64,000 nt of DNA from an uncultured Nitrososphaeraceae archaeon (GTDB lineage Archaea; Thermoproteota; Nitrososphaeria; Nitrososphaerales; Nitrososphaeraceae): positions 1-64,000 of the forward strand of contig CAVXZB010000073.1 of assembly GCA_963765895.1 (NCBI GenBank), written 5' to 3'. Shown here in pieces: positions 50,722 to 62,683 of this stretch; the first letter of the stretch is position 1; each line of letters starts with the position of its first letter. The translations under genes and the position numbers were made by a program. A model generated the notes under the pieces. The model made no database searches. It was not told where the DNA came from and saw only the letters and a program-made list of their open reading frames with translations.

Positions 50722-51390
50722 AATATCTACTAGCAACATAGATTGGGATGATGTAATAAAAAAGAGGCACGAGGTAGCGGAGATGAAGATTTGGGAGAAG
50801 TGCAAGAAGTTGGTCCAAATTATGTCTTAGTACAGAAAGGATTCTTAAACAAAGAGAAATTCTATATTCCAAAGGACCAGGTGGAAAGCTACGATGGTGA
50901 TACACTACGATTTAGAATATCTGAAACAGAGATGAAATCAAAATATATGGGAGAATATCCACCGTCGTCACTTACAGGTAAAACACAGAATACTGCTACT
51001 GATAAATCCAGAGTAGAGGAAACGACTGTTCCGGTAACAGAAGAAAGACGGGGTGTATCAAAAAGTCAATCTACAAAGGAAGCAACAATTACAAAAACAC
51101 CTGTTACCGAGACAAAGACTGTGGAAGTGCCAGTAACACATGAAGAAGTCTCCGTAGAAAGAAGACCTGCTAGCGGAACAACAGCAGCATCAGATAGACC
51201 TGTAGAATCTGAACAAGAAATTAGAGTTCCATTAAAGCAAGAACAAGTGCAGGTAACAAAGCAGCCATATGTAAAGGAGGAGGTAGCTATCAAGAAAGAA
51301 CCAGTGACAGAGACTAAAATAGTAAGTGATCAAGTAACTAGTGAAGAAGTTAGAGTAAAAGGTACCAATAGAGAAGACGAAGAACGATAA
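50722..51390 (+). CDS. PRC-like plus YsnF/AvaK (DUF2382) protein
   Basis: VEVPVTHEEVSVERRP and KQPYVKEEV; 5' frameshift in an A run. Confidence 0.85.
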
Positions 51391-51510
51391 AAATAGAAGC
51401 AGCCTTTAAATTTTTATCTTGTTTATTTATTGCAGCCCTTCAGAATAGTAACTTGTACTGTAGTTTGATCATAATTATTCATAATCATAGCACGCACACA
51501 AGGGTATTCT

Positions 51511-52080
51511 ATGGCAAAAATTAGCGATATTTACCGGTGGTTGTACGGTCTGATAAGAGGCAGACCTACTAATTTTAATTGGATTATTGAAAGGAAATTA
51601 GCTGGAAGTGGAGTACCAATGTCTAAAAGAGAAGCAAGATGGTTAATTAATACGCAAGGTATCAGAACCATTGTTACCATAAAAGAAAAGCCTTTATCGC
51701 AAGAATGGCTTAACTATAACAATGGGGCAAATACTGGTGATAGCGACAGAAAGATTGACTATTTGCATATAAGTGTACAAGACTATGGCACTCCATCATT
51801 AAAGGAGTTAGACTATGTAGTTAATTATATTAGTCAGCAAATTGATAGAACAAGACCAGTTATGGTACATTGTTCAGCAGGGAAAGGAAGAACAGGCACT
51901 ATACTTGCTGCATACCACATCAAAAAAGAGAATGATATGACTGCAGATAAGGCTATCGGTAGATTAAGTAGGATTAGAGGAGAATCGATTCAGTCAAAAG
52001 ATCAAGAAAAGATCTTGTTTGATTATGAAGAATACGTAAAGAACCAGCAGGATCAGAAAAAAGCAGATAGAAGATCGTGA
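51511..52080 (+). CDS. dual-specificity protein phosphatase
   Basis: HCSAGKGRTG P-loop. Confidence 0.9.
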   Translation: MAKISDIYRWLYGLIRGRPTNFNWIIERKLAGSGVPMSKREARWLINTQGIRTIVTIKEKPLSQEWLNYNNGANTGDSDRKIDYLHISVQDYGTPSLKELDYVVNYISQQIDRTRPVMVHCSAGKGRTGTILAAYHIKKENDMTADKAIGRLSRIRGESIQSKDQEKILFDYEEYVKNQQDQKKADRRS

Positions 52081-52903
52081 TGGTACTTAAAGTGATATTT
52101 GATCTCATAATATATACTGGCTATTCGTATCTGTACGCACTGTTATGGTATTGATGCCAATTGTCAGGCAAACGGCAACGAGCATCGACAACAGCCGAAC
52201 ATGCACTCGTTCCGCATCAATCTTGTTGGTAAAGGTATAGATGCAGTTCTAGTATGGTCGACTTCTTATTTTAGCGATAGCCGTTTTATCCAATAACCAT
52301 TTATTCTTTATTTTACTCATTTTACTTATCAAATTCCGCGAAACTTCGGGATATACAAATGCTACATTCTACAATATACGATTGTTTTTACTATGATTGC
52401 AGGTGCCACGCGGGAATGAAATCATACTAAGAGTAAGTTGGATATTAGATTATGAATTTGGTTGACAGAGAACAAGGCATAAGGCCCCATCTGCTTTTCA
52501 AATGTTCTTTTGCTATAACACTATCGCTAGGATTATAGTGCATAGACCTGACGCTAACCAAACTTGACATCATTGTGCTCTTTTTAAACACGCAGTAGTA
52601 TCAAAATAAGAGGGCCAGATTCATCTAATACTTTTTCTTAATCTGACGGATAATCAGCGCCGTAGCAACTGCTGCAACAGTCTTAAATGCTGTGTACAAT
52701 AGCCATTTTTTCACTACCATTTCTAGACTATCACTGTCGTGCGATTATCCTTTGGACTTTTTTTAATATAACAGTTTTTCGTCATAGTGAGATGGTCATC
52801 GAAAGCCGGAGCTAAAACCACACTGGGCAATAAAAAAGGTCTACGGTTATTGGTTAGCGACCCGGAAAAAATGTGTACGTCGATAACAATTTAAATCAAA
52901 TTC

Positions 52904-53374
52904 TTATGATACTGCAATCTGTTTAGCCAATCTTGTACACAATTGTAGATGTCTTTTTTCTTCTCTGAGAATTGAATTAACTGTATTTGAAAATTGTTTG
53001 TTTTTGACCTTTTTTAATGCTAAGGCACTCAGAGCCTCATAGTGTGTCACTTCGCCACCTTCTGCAAGACACAAGAATTCTATTGCTTCAGATGAATCAG
53101 GATCCTGGCTAAGATAAGTTTTCATCATCTCAGATGCTTTCTGTTCTGTTTCTTGAGCTGCTTCTTGTATTGTTGCAGAATTTAGTGATCCGGATAATTT
53201 CTGAACCAGCTGCTCAAGCTTTGATTGATGATTTCCTGCTTCCTTTTGCATATTCTTAAGCTTCGATAACATCCCTCTTTTATCTAGTAATCCCATTGAG
53301 GATAATTCTTGCACTGCATTTTGCGCGGCCATTTCCAAACCTAGACATTCTCCTAACTTTTGTTCAAATTTTTT
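52904..53374 (-). CDS. ferritin-like (DUF892-type) protein, start unclear
   Basis: EAGNH, EGGEVTHYE and EEKRH di-iron motifs. Confidence 0.7.
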   Translation of the reverse strand, partial: KKFEQKLGECLGLEMAAQNAVQELSSMGLLDKRGMLSKLKNMQKEAGNHQSKLEQLVQKLSGSLNSATIQEAAQETEQKASEMMKTYLSQDPDSSEAIEFLCLAEGGEVTHYEALSALALKKVKNKQFSNTVNSILREEKRHLQLCTRLAKQIAVS

Positions 53375-54019
53375 CTACAGAGAAGTATCTCTTGCAAAAT
53401 ATCTGTCTGGGACGAGCTCTGGAATTAGAACTAGTAACAAAAGAAACCAACTAACGGGTAGATATATGAATGAAAATATTATTGCTACTGAGTACGTTAA
53501 TGTTGTGGCTACTATCCGTCTACCAGATCTTTTCCCAATCAAAACAGGTACTGTCTTGTCAAGTAATTCTGGATTCTGTTTAGTATAATAGTATAGTGCA
53601 TATACTATTGCGCCAGCAAGAACCGCATTGAATGAATACACAAAGATCGAAATTTGCTGGCCTAAATATTGTGTAAGTAAAGTAGTTGAAAAAGGTATAA
53701 ACCCAATAGTCATTAGGAATGAGATATTTATCCAAATCAAAGGACGGTCTACATAGAGTATCCAGCGAAAAATTCTATGATGTGTAATCCAGAAAACTCC
53801 AAGGGTTGTAAAGCTAATTATGTAAGCTAAGATATCCGGCCATAAACTAGCAAATCTATGAGAAAGTCTCTCTTGAGCGTGCTGTCCCTCTGCGAATAAT
53901 ATGAGTTCAGGTACGCTAATATTAAACACTAATATTGTCATAAGGATTGCAAATACTCCGTCTGTAAGCGTCTCAAGCCGTCCCTTACTAAAAATTAAAC
54001 CCTTTCTTTCGGTATCCAT
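53375..54019 (-). CDS. TMEM175 (DUF1211) K+ channel-family protein
   Basis: RLETLTDGVFAILMT, WITHH and IPFST. Confidence 0.9.
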   Translation of the reverse strand: MDTERKGLIFSKGRLETLTDGVFAILMTILVFNISVPELILFAEGQHAQERLSHRFASLWPDILAYIISFTTLGVFWITHHRIFRWILYVDRPLIWINISFLMTIGFIPFSTTLLTQYLGQQISIFVYSFNAVLAGAIVYALYYYTKQNPELLDKTVPVLIGKRSGRRIVATTLTYSVAIIFSFIYLPVSWFLLLLVLIPELVPDRYFARDTSL

Positions 54020-54179
54020 TCTAAGTCAGTCAATTGATAGACAACTACGACAAGTTTGATAAATATTAAAAGAATATTCGGATTCGAAATATATGCACAA
54101 ATCGATGACTACGTAAAATGATACTTATTAATAAATCATTAGTCAAAATAATTATTTGTCGTCAGTATTCAGATTGGTT

Positions 54180-54890
54180 TAGAAATTAATAAGCGATGCA
54201 GACAGGTGTTCAATATGTATCTGCCTATCTGCAATCCAACTCATGCGCTTGATCTTGTGCGGAGTTCACTTGTTAAGATCTTATGTTATTTCCATTACTG
54301 TCCAGCCTTGACCATTGTTAACTTGTGTCGGTCCTTGGATACATTTTGCGTGAGCCTGTGACAAGTCATTCTTGCTCCGGTAATGTTAGTAAATGAAAAG
54401 TAGAGCATTTAACCATCATGCTGGAGCTATGAGCGCTGCGCCTGAAGAAGCTCCATCGTCTGCCAAGACTGCGGTTTTACCTTTAATTATAATATTGTAT
54501 ATAGAACTGGAATTGTCCTTACTACTATTACTTCGATAAAGTGAATGTCTCTGTTTTATTTCCTCAATCTGTCCGGATTTAGCCTCATCTATATATTCTG
54601 AAGAAACATTCAGTACTCTGATACGTTTTGTCATTCAAATATGTAGTGCCATCTTCCATTGCCGCACCTATAGCTAGTTCTTCGTTGTGATGTACTGCTA
54701 TTTTTCTTCGAATTACAATATCAAAGGATTCCATTAAGCTTTCGTGTAATAAATGTCTGCAGTTACTACTTCACCTCGTGGTATGCCTAAAACAACTATC
54801 TTATCCTTATCCCTATTTTCCTTTTTTATTACAACCTTAGCTAGTACATTTGCTAGCCCATTCGATTCTTGAATCTTTACATGAAATACC
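54180..54890 (-). pseudogene. phosphoribosyltransferase relic
   Basis: VLGIPRGEV, EELAIGA and VLADDGASSGA. Confidence 0.7.
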
Positions 54891-55019
54891 ATTAGTAGGA
54901 GGGATAAACGAACTGCAACTTGCGCTGCTTATAAACCGATAAATCTAGGCACTAATAACTATCAGAAATATAATTACGATAATCAAACTGATAATAAGAA
55001 GAATAATAGAAATATAGAT

Positions 55020-55640
55020 ATGAGCATAGGGCTGGGAGAAGAGAAAAAATCAAGGTCTAAGACGAAGGATCAAAAGGAAGAAAAACCATCTTTGCCAAAA
55101 GAAGATGTCATATCATCACGGCCGCTTCAATTAGAAGTATTTGATTCGTCTAGTGATAATGCGATGTCAGAAATGAAAAAAGTAGCAGACATGGGACCAG
55201 ATGAGATAACTAAGGTATTTCTAGATGTAGATGGAAATCAACGTCTTGATCCTTTAACTACAAGTATCAATGATATTATTAAAAAAGCCGATTCTGACCC
55301 CACTAGTTCTCACAGATGGTGGAGCCTACCTTACAGGAGAGAGATCCTGGCTCAAAATCATAACAATATAATATAAGCCCAAAACAGAATGCGACATCCG
55401 AAGTTTCTGAAGTTCAGAGTGACTCAACCGACCGAGATTATTTAGAAGAATCAGCTACGATTTATGATAGCGAGAATAAAGTATTACAATCTAGTTCTTC
55501 AAATAATGATATTTATAACCCGTTCATCTCAGGAATAAAATTTTGGTAAGCCCATAGTATTGCATGGATAAATGCATATGATCAATTCTTGAAATCTTGG
55601 ATTGACAATATTAGATTATCTCAGATACCAAGTTAAACAA
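55020..55640 (+). pseudogene. acidic hypothetical protein, fragmented
   Basis: ORF 55020-55376 plus a downstream continuation. Confidence 0.4.
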
Positions 55641-55737
55641 CTGATTCACTTCAGGATGCTGTCGAGGAATTGAACCAGTAAATCCGCCCATATCTAGTTG
55701 CAATGTCAGCTACATATGTCATATTATCGCTGATGTC

Positions 55738-55986
55738 TTAAAAGTTAAACAAGTCACCAAAAAATCCTCTGCTTCTTCTTCTGTTATCATAATAGTCATC
55801 AACATACTCTCCATTTCTATAATGGTAATTGTTATAATGTTCGTCTTCGTAGCTACTTTGGATTTGGGCTATCTTGTCTATCTCCCCTCTGTCTAACCAC
55901 ACTCCTTTGCAAGAAGGACAGTAATCAACAAACGCCCCGTACCTTTGCATTAGCTGCATTTGAGTTGAACATTTTGGACATTGCAT
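55738..55986 (-). CDS. zf-TFIIB domain protein
   Basis: CPKC..VDYCPSCKGVWLDRGEIDKI..FFGDLF. Confidence 0.9.
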   Translation of the reverse strand: MQCPKCSTQMQLMQRYGAFVDYCPSCKGVWLDRGEIDKIAQIQSSYEDEHYNNYHYRNGEYVDDYYDNRRRSRGFFGDLFNF

Positions 55987-56235
55987 GTTTGAATATTTAT
56001 CGCCTCTTTTGTTATTACGTAAAGAAAAGGTGCCGTTTAAGATTAATGTTTGCCTTGCCTTGCTTTTTCTTTTATTTTGTTTTGTTTTGCATGGTTCTAC
56101 TATCTATCTTATTTCATCCGATAATTCATCAGGGATTCTTTTGACAGTTGAAAGATACTTGACTTTATCGTAGACCACACTTATGAGCAGGACAGCCTCA
56201 AGCTATATGTCTATCTATTTTTGAGATGAGTTCGT

Positions 56236-56400
56236 AGAGTCTCTTTAATTTGATCCAAGAAACAATGCACTCGAATACGAATCATCATATGAATTCAGAT
56301 ATTTTCATAGGTTATCTGGCATAAGTATATTCTGTTAAACCGTCTTTCATTATGAATCTAGTTCTTGTAACCTAGAGTGTGTAGTTCGCCGGCGAAATGC
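56236..56400. repeat. dispersed repeat R3, copy 3, with TTCGCCGGCGAA at 56385
   Basis: Matches 39862-40025. Confidence 0.85.
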
Positions 56401-56639
56401 GCATCGATTGTCAGTAGGAATTTTAGTATATAAAAAAGAATATTAACTGATTATGATCCCTTAAACATTTGTTGCCGGCGAATATGAATCATCATCTCGT
56501 CAGCTTCGTGTAGGCAGACTGATCACATCGCGGCGTACTCGAGGTACAACAAAGTTGTTCTCCATGTTAGACTTCATTATATAACAATAGGACATGGAGA
56601 CACACAAGGCCGGCGAACAACATATTTCCTTCGTCATGA

Positions 56640-56900
56640 TTATGATGAGCCTAAAGCATTTAGCTTCTCTTCAATGGCTTCAAATCTTTTATTTGAATAT
56701 TCTTGACGTTCGGTCCTAATTCTGATTCCTTTTCCATCTTTCAAATCTTTTGTGTATATGCGCATTAGAGCATTTTCTCCATCTTCCCAAGCAACTTCAA
56801 ATTCCTTGCCGGCATATTCGACAAGAGAATCTTGCCGAAATGCCACATTGTAACAATCCAAGAGTTGTGGTTTGTGATACAACTAGGTGATGGTTGGCAT
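56640..56900 (-). pseudogene. C-terminal fragment of a Rep-like protein, distant paralogue of 57277
   Basis: WIVTMWHFGKD..RIYTK..RTERQE across a frameshift. Confidence 0.5.
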
Positions 56901-58227
56901 GTTGTATGTGGGCAGCCTGTTACTAGATCTGATATTTTCCCTGACCTGATGTCAGGATATTTGACAATCCGATAAGACCTCCATGATCAACTACTACTGG
57001 CTTCATAGAACACGATATGATGATGATACTGATGAGAGTGAATGAACTATTATAAGGAATATTTGTGCGCACTCATATCCAATCTACTATGTATAGAGTT
57101 TAGTCTCCAACGTCTATGTTTTTATGAAGTGCATTATATTAAACGCATAAGCGCCGGCGAAATACATCATCTAATATGAATACAACTATAATAATACAAC
57201 GGACAAAGAATCGAATAGAGGCTATATCGGATGTCTTATGTTTTATAATCATAGTATACAAAAAAGAATATTGGAATTACTGTTTTGACAGCGAATCAAT
57301 CTTTTGTCCTAACTGTAGGACCATATTCATTAAATCCTTGATCGTCCTAACAGGCATTATTATACTATCTAATGCTTTGGGTAAGGGAAAATCCAGGGTC
57401 AATGACTTCTCTCCCCTGCAAACAGCCCTATCATGCAACGATTTAATGTACATTCTGAATACCTGACCTGCGTGTTTTAATTGGATATCTGGTAGATGTA
57501 ATTGAGCTTTCTCGTTTATTTCAACATCTCTATTAAGATCACATCCCTTTAGAATCCAGTCTGTAATTACTGGAACTTCTCTTTCTCGAATATCTATTAC
57601 AAGATGTATCAATCTGTCTCTGACTTGTCCAAAGAATGAGAATAATATAGCCTCGTCTTCATCCGTTTCTAGTCTGAAGGGTGTATCGCTACTTCGAACT
57701 GCAATTTCAACTCGTCCATTAGGAGAGAAGGTATAAGTGACGTGCCTTCGTCCTATGTGTTCCTCATGGCGTTTAGCTCGGTTTATTGGTTCGACTTTGT
57801 TTGCCAATCTTTGGTAGCAATCCTTGTCAATGGATAACATCAGTTGTAGCCTGTGAATGTGCAGTTGTGCAAATGGCAGCTGGATTAATACATCAAAGAA
57901 GCTTTGAGCCTTTTGGTATCCAAGAACGCTGGATAGGGCATTACCATAGTTTGAGACGTTCGATAGGTTACTGTTAGATAGGTTAGACACCGTGGGTTCA
58001 ACTAGTACACTTGATCTATTCTTGAGATCTTCAATTATATCAGCCTTGAAACATGAAGGGAAGTATTGTTGCGGATTGGTATTTTCTATAAGGTAGATTC
58101 CTTGAGAATTGAGATCTCCTGCAGTAAATAATATGCAGCCATCACGAAAATGCTTCAGGCTTCTTTGAGCATGACTTTTTCTAAGTGAAAACCTTTGTAG
58201 TAGATCTTCAAATGTTATACCCTTTCC

Positions 58228-59178
58228 GGCTGTGTAGAAACCATCTCATACAGTCAAAGCTTTGTAAGAGTATAATACCAATAGTCTATTGAAAGAATCA
58301 ATGTACGTCAGACTTGCAGGTACTATGTTCCGTGTTTTGAAGCATGCAAGGATTCCTCTATTTTCTAACAGGAAAAGTAATCACATATTTACAATATGGC
58401 AGCACATAGTTCTAGTTGCTATACGACAGTATGAAGGTAAGAGTTATAGAATGTTTGTCGAGTGGTTAATTGAAGCCTATTACCTAAGGTCATTTCTACG
58501 GTTGTCACGTATTCCTCATTTTACAACATTGCAAAAGTTTACAGATAGAATTAATAATTCATTGCTTGAAAAGATAATTTCATCATTCATTGTGATTAGC
58601 GGTACCACGCATATCTTTGCAGGAATAGATTCAACAGGATTTAAGATAACTCATGCATCACAATATTATACTGATCGAACAGAATTGAGAAGAAAATATG
58701 CGAAATTATCTATTGGAGTAGATGTATTACAACAAATCATAATATGTACAATTAAGATAAGACGAGCTCCAACAAGGCATGATAATGTAGATTTCAGGCC
58801 AATTATAACAAGGACATCAAATATTCTTCCATTATCTGTAGTTACAGCTGATAAGGGTTACGATAGTGAAGATAATCACCTTCTCGTAAGAGAGGACTTA
58901 CATGCATTCAGTATTATTCCTGCTCGATATGAACATGTACCGATGTGGAGAACACATGGTAAGTACAGAAAGCAGATGAAGCGTGGTTACTCCAAATTGC
59001 TGTACAATCAACGAAACAAAGATGAAACCATAATATCAGTCATAAAACGACTATTTGGAGAGAATCTTATGTCTAGATTGACTAGAATGCAGAACAGAGA
59101 GTTATCATTTAGATGTATCACCTACAATATGCATAGACTGACTAATCTTGTAATATTGATGGTGTTTTCTACATAGCC
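58228..59178 (+). mobile_element. IS5-family insertion sequence, 951 bp
   Basis: TIRs GGCTGTGTAGAAA / TTTCTACATAGCC; 9-bp TSD ACCCTTTCC at 58219-58227 and 59179-59187. Confidence 0.92.
58289..59176 (+). CDS. IS5-family DDE transposase
   Basis: IDSTG, ADKGYDS and YNQRNKDET..SVIKR; intact ORF. Confidence 0.92.
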   Translation: MKESMYVRLAGTMFRVLKHARIPLFSNRKSNHIFTIWQHIVLVAIRQYEGKSYRMFVEWLIEAYYLRSFLRLSRIPHFTTLQKFTDRINNSLLEKIISSFIVISGTTHIFAGIDSTGFKITHASQYYTDRTELRRKYAKLSIGVDVLQQIIICTIKIRRAPTRHDNVDFRPIITRTSNILPLSVVTADKGYDSEDNHLLVREDLHAFSIIPARYEHVPMWRTHGKYRKQMKRGYSKLLYNQRNKDETIISVIKRLFGENLMSRLTRMQNRELSFRCITYNMHRLTNLVILMVFST

Positions 59179-59355
59179 ACCCTTTCCATAAGATCGATAC
59201 TTTTCAGTAGCGAGGTCTTCAATTGTGTCTCTTGTTACCCGTCGGCTAGCTATTGGTACATGTGCTACTTGGTGATTTGGTACATTTAATTTGTAATCAG
59301 GTATTACACTCTTTCCTAGTTGGGGATATGAATAACCGTTACCAGCAGCCATATA

Positions 59356-60075
59356 CTAATTTGTCTTGAAATTGTCCGGTACCACTCTTACCATGGTCCC
59401 ACTCTTATCAAAAATCATGTAGCAGAAGTACTTGCTGTCAACCATGGCCTCTTCGATTTCGTTATACCTCTCCTTAGGAATTTTAAACTCCATTTCGGTA
59501 GAAGCAATCTGATCGCCCATGACCATTGCTGTTTGCCTCTTTAATGCCTCCTTTAATTCTCTATTTTCCTCATATAATTCATGATCGGGATCTATGTTGT
59601 CAATCGATGTTTCATAACCTTGTCTTTCAAACCCTCTTGAATTTGGTACATCTATCGATATATTTTCTCTATTAGTATTAGAAAAAATTATTATTCTCCG
59701 TGTCACGGTTGATTAGTAATACGCTTCCATCTCTATTATCTACTATGTCTATTACCTTGCTCTCTTGAACCTTATTATTCTCTACTTTTTTCAAAAGCTA
59801 ATTGAGTTCGCTTTTGGACCTGTAGCTTCTTTTATATTCTTGTGGAAGGCATTCTTCAATCCACTTTACAGTAATTTTGTGATCTCTTATCTTATCTGCC
59901 AATAATTTTTTGATCTTTGCGGATATTTCATTTTTCTTGCACTTGCCTGCCTCATCTAACCTTCTTGCTAGTTCTTGTATCAAAGTTTTGGCCCGCACAA
60001 AGTTACTATTAATATGATCTATTAGAGATCTTAAGTCTGCAATTATCTCGTCAAGGGCGAACTCTTCATCACTCA
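59356..60075 (-). CDS. integrated-element hypothetical protein, probably one frameshifted gene
   Basis: Adjacent ORFs 59798-59998 and 59356-59706; WIEECLPQEYKR. Confidence 0.5.
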
Positions 60076-60489
60076 GTTTTAATCCTCACCTAGTTTCTTC
60101 ATAAGCTCTAAAAGCACGATCCACAACAGAATCCAGTGTCATCTTGAGTAGACCCTCAGCCGGTGGTAATGCTATACTTTTTGTTTTATTCTTGGATTTA
60201 TCTCTGGCTGGGACATCTGATCCACGTTCCTATATCGCCTCTGGTCCTTATTTCATTCAGTTTCATATAATATTATCTCGAATAGAGAGTAGTAGTATTC
60301 AGAATTTATAGTTTGCGAATAGTCTCTATTTGTCACATATACATGGTATATGTATGTTTATATATGTTTCTATAAATAGTTCTATTTTACAATAGCCTAC
60401 ATCTTTCCCATAAGGTAGAACATAGAATGGATGACGCCTGCGAAGCCATATCGATGTAATCCAAATAGTGATCATTCTTAGAATTAGAT

Positions 60490-61882
60490 TTAATGTGCTT
60501 TCACGGCTTCTGCGAGTCTGATCGGATCTCTTAGCAGATCTAGAATTTCCTTATATGCTTCTTGCATTGCTGTCATCTGTTCCCTTAGATTTTTTACCCT
60601 TGTTTTCTCTTCTTCGATCTTTCCTTCTAATACCCTTAATCCTTCCTGATACTCATCTTGTAGGACTTTGAACTTTGCGTCTTCGGCCGATTTAATTTCG
60701 TCATAAGATTCAGGAGATAGTGGATAAGAACACTTTGAACATACTTTATTATCAATTGCATTTACATCGTCACAACGTGGACAGACAAGGATTTGGCGTC
60801 TCTTCTTTATTTGATCCTCAATAATGATTCCCGAATGTACAAGTATCTTTTGTTTTAACTCATCACCCATCCTTGTCTTAATGTATCTAGATGGCTCGCT
60901 TTGAATTCATGCTCCATCTTGCCTTTTTCTTTAGAGCATAGTCTGGGAGATAGTCGCTATCAGAAGTAATAGCCGAATGACGAATACAATATGGATTCCA
61001 CTTTTTTGTCATAAGAAGATAATCTAATTTCTGTTGTTCTTTGGCATCTGTAATGCAACCACTATCACGAGGACGGACTATCCTTTCTTTAAGGCATTTC
61101 ATCATTGTCCACAACGCTTCAGGCTTAACTGGCGCTCCAGTCATAAGATTGCAAATTAACCTGGAGTCAGGTTGATTCCTGAATGGATGTTCGTTAAGCC
61201 AATCTCTAACATACGGAAACGAACAAGTTAGTATGACTGGCCCAGATCCAGTCTTGGATTGATGTGGTATTTCACCTTCTCCATATTTTTCTTTTAGTCT
61301 GATATGTCTTAGTCTTAATAGAGTTATCTCATGGTTGCGCCCACTTAGATCCCACATTAAAGCCAGGGCCGCTTTGTTCCGCTTATGAGGCTCGTACTTT
61401 ATGATGGTCTGAAGTTCATCTAGCTCCCAAATCTCGTTCTCCCCATATGGACTTAGTCTCTTAGTTTTCTTTTTTCTAATCTGAGCAAATGATGGGGTCT
61501 CCCATTCTGATGGGCTAGAGTTAGGTTCTAGGGCCTGGTCTAGCCTTAGCTTGTAATTGTGTAACCATCTAAACAGATACTTTAAATCTCCAAGGTAATC
61601 ATTCCAAGTTGTTATCCATCTCTTGTCTGGGTCAGTAACATTATCCTTTATCTTTGTATCCAGAAAGTCAGTAATCTTATCCTTTGTTCTAATATCATAA
61701 AATGATCGGTCAGGACCTAAGTAGCGTGCAAATGCTATCGCTGTCTCCAAGGTATTATTACAGTGGCTTTCAGATGCACCTGTTGACTTCATAAAGGCAT
61801 AAAGCCCATCCAGCAGATCAGCATTAGTGGAATTTGGCATTGAGGATATCTTTGACAATGTTGTACTCAGTCTAACAGGCAC
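60490..61882 (-). CDS. tyrosine recombinase/integrase with C-terminal Zn ribbon, +1 frameshift near 60895
   Basis: LSGRNHEI, SKTG and IRHSAIT; removing one base restores SKQPSRYIKTRMG (catalytic Tyr); CPRC..CSKC. Confidence 0.88.
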
Positions 61883-62149
61883 AGCAGTTTATCGCTTCTC
61901 CATTTACCGTTTTTCCTATAAGCGGTTGCAATATATGAATTCCGATATATGATGGACTGGGCAGGGGGAGTTAATAATAAGATTTTTTTATGCTCAAAAG
62001 AATATACAAAATAAGCACGAATCTGAATAAGAGTATGAATAAAATTTATGCGCTAACATACGACCAATATTAGGATATAGAGACAATAGACGGTGGTCGT
62101 GGAGCTAACCATATTACCTTGAAACGCTCTTCATAATTACAGCATAAGT

Positions 62150-62683
62150 TTGAAAGAAGTTATTAATCCTAGAGCAGACATTACAGCAAAAAAGTATAGA
62201 CAACAGATAGAGTGGAGAAGAAATAAAGTAAAGGAAATGCTAATCAGAGGGTATTCACAGTATGAAATCTCTAATACCTTGCGTATCAGTCAACCAACAA
62301 TATCTAGAGACATACACTACCTATATCAAGAGAAGAAAAGACGACAAAAGAAACATGGCGATGAATTATTTTTGGAGCTCCGAAACACAGTAGCTGGCTT
62401 ATCAGAGCTCGTTAAAAAGTCATGGACCATTGTTGATGATGCCAAGACAGACTACAAGGAAAGAATGAAGGCAATGTCATTAATAATGCAATGTTATGAT
62501 AAGAAATTAGAGCTTCTTAATCTAGAACCAGAAATTAACAATTACAAAGAATATGTTGATGGTATAATCAATAAAGAAAATGAACTATTAGTTAAAGAGA
62601 AAATGTTGGATGCACATCGTGAAGGCACAAAATTGTCATGGCATGAACTTAGGTCTGCTGTAGATAGCAATAGAGTATTTTAA
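62150..62683 (+). CDS. HTH protein (small-terminase-like N-terminus)
   Basis: RRNKVKEMLIRGYSQYEISNTLRISQPTISRDI. Confidence 0.7.
   Translation: MKEVINPRADITAKKYRQQIEWRRNKVKEMLIRGYSQYEISNTLRISQPTISRDIHYLYQEKKRRQKKHGDELFLELRNTVAGLSELVKKSWTIVDDAKTDYKERMKAMSLIMQCYDKKLELLNLEPEINNYKEYVDGIINKENELLVKEKMLDAHREGTKLSWHELRSAVDSNRVF

Larger units (their letters stand above)
57277..59352 (-). pseudogene. wHTH plus putative Rep_trans-like protein (about 371 aa), interrupted by an IS
   Basis: Removing the IS and one TSD joins ...YRSYGKG to ITFEDLL... in frame with ORF 57277-57990. Confidence 0.7.
56236..62683. mobile_element. integrated plasmid-like element (boundaries uncertain)
   Basis: Integrase, small regulators, Rep-like gene and HTH gene clustered; no att duplication confirmed. 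Confidence 0.55.

Noticed and set aside
61953-61968. TGGACTGGGCAGGG as a tRNA-derived att site upstream of the integrase
   Set aside because: It resembles a reverse-complemented tRNA 3' end but lacks the T-loop, and no second copy was found in the window
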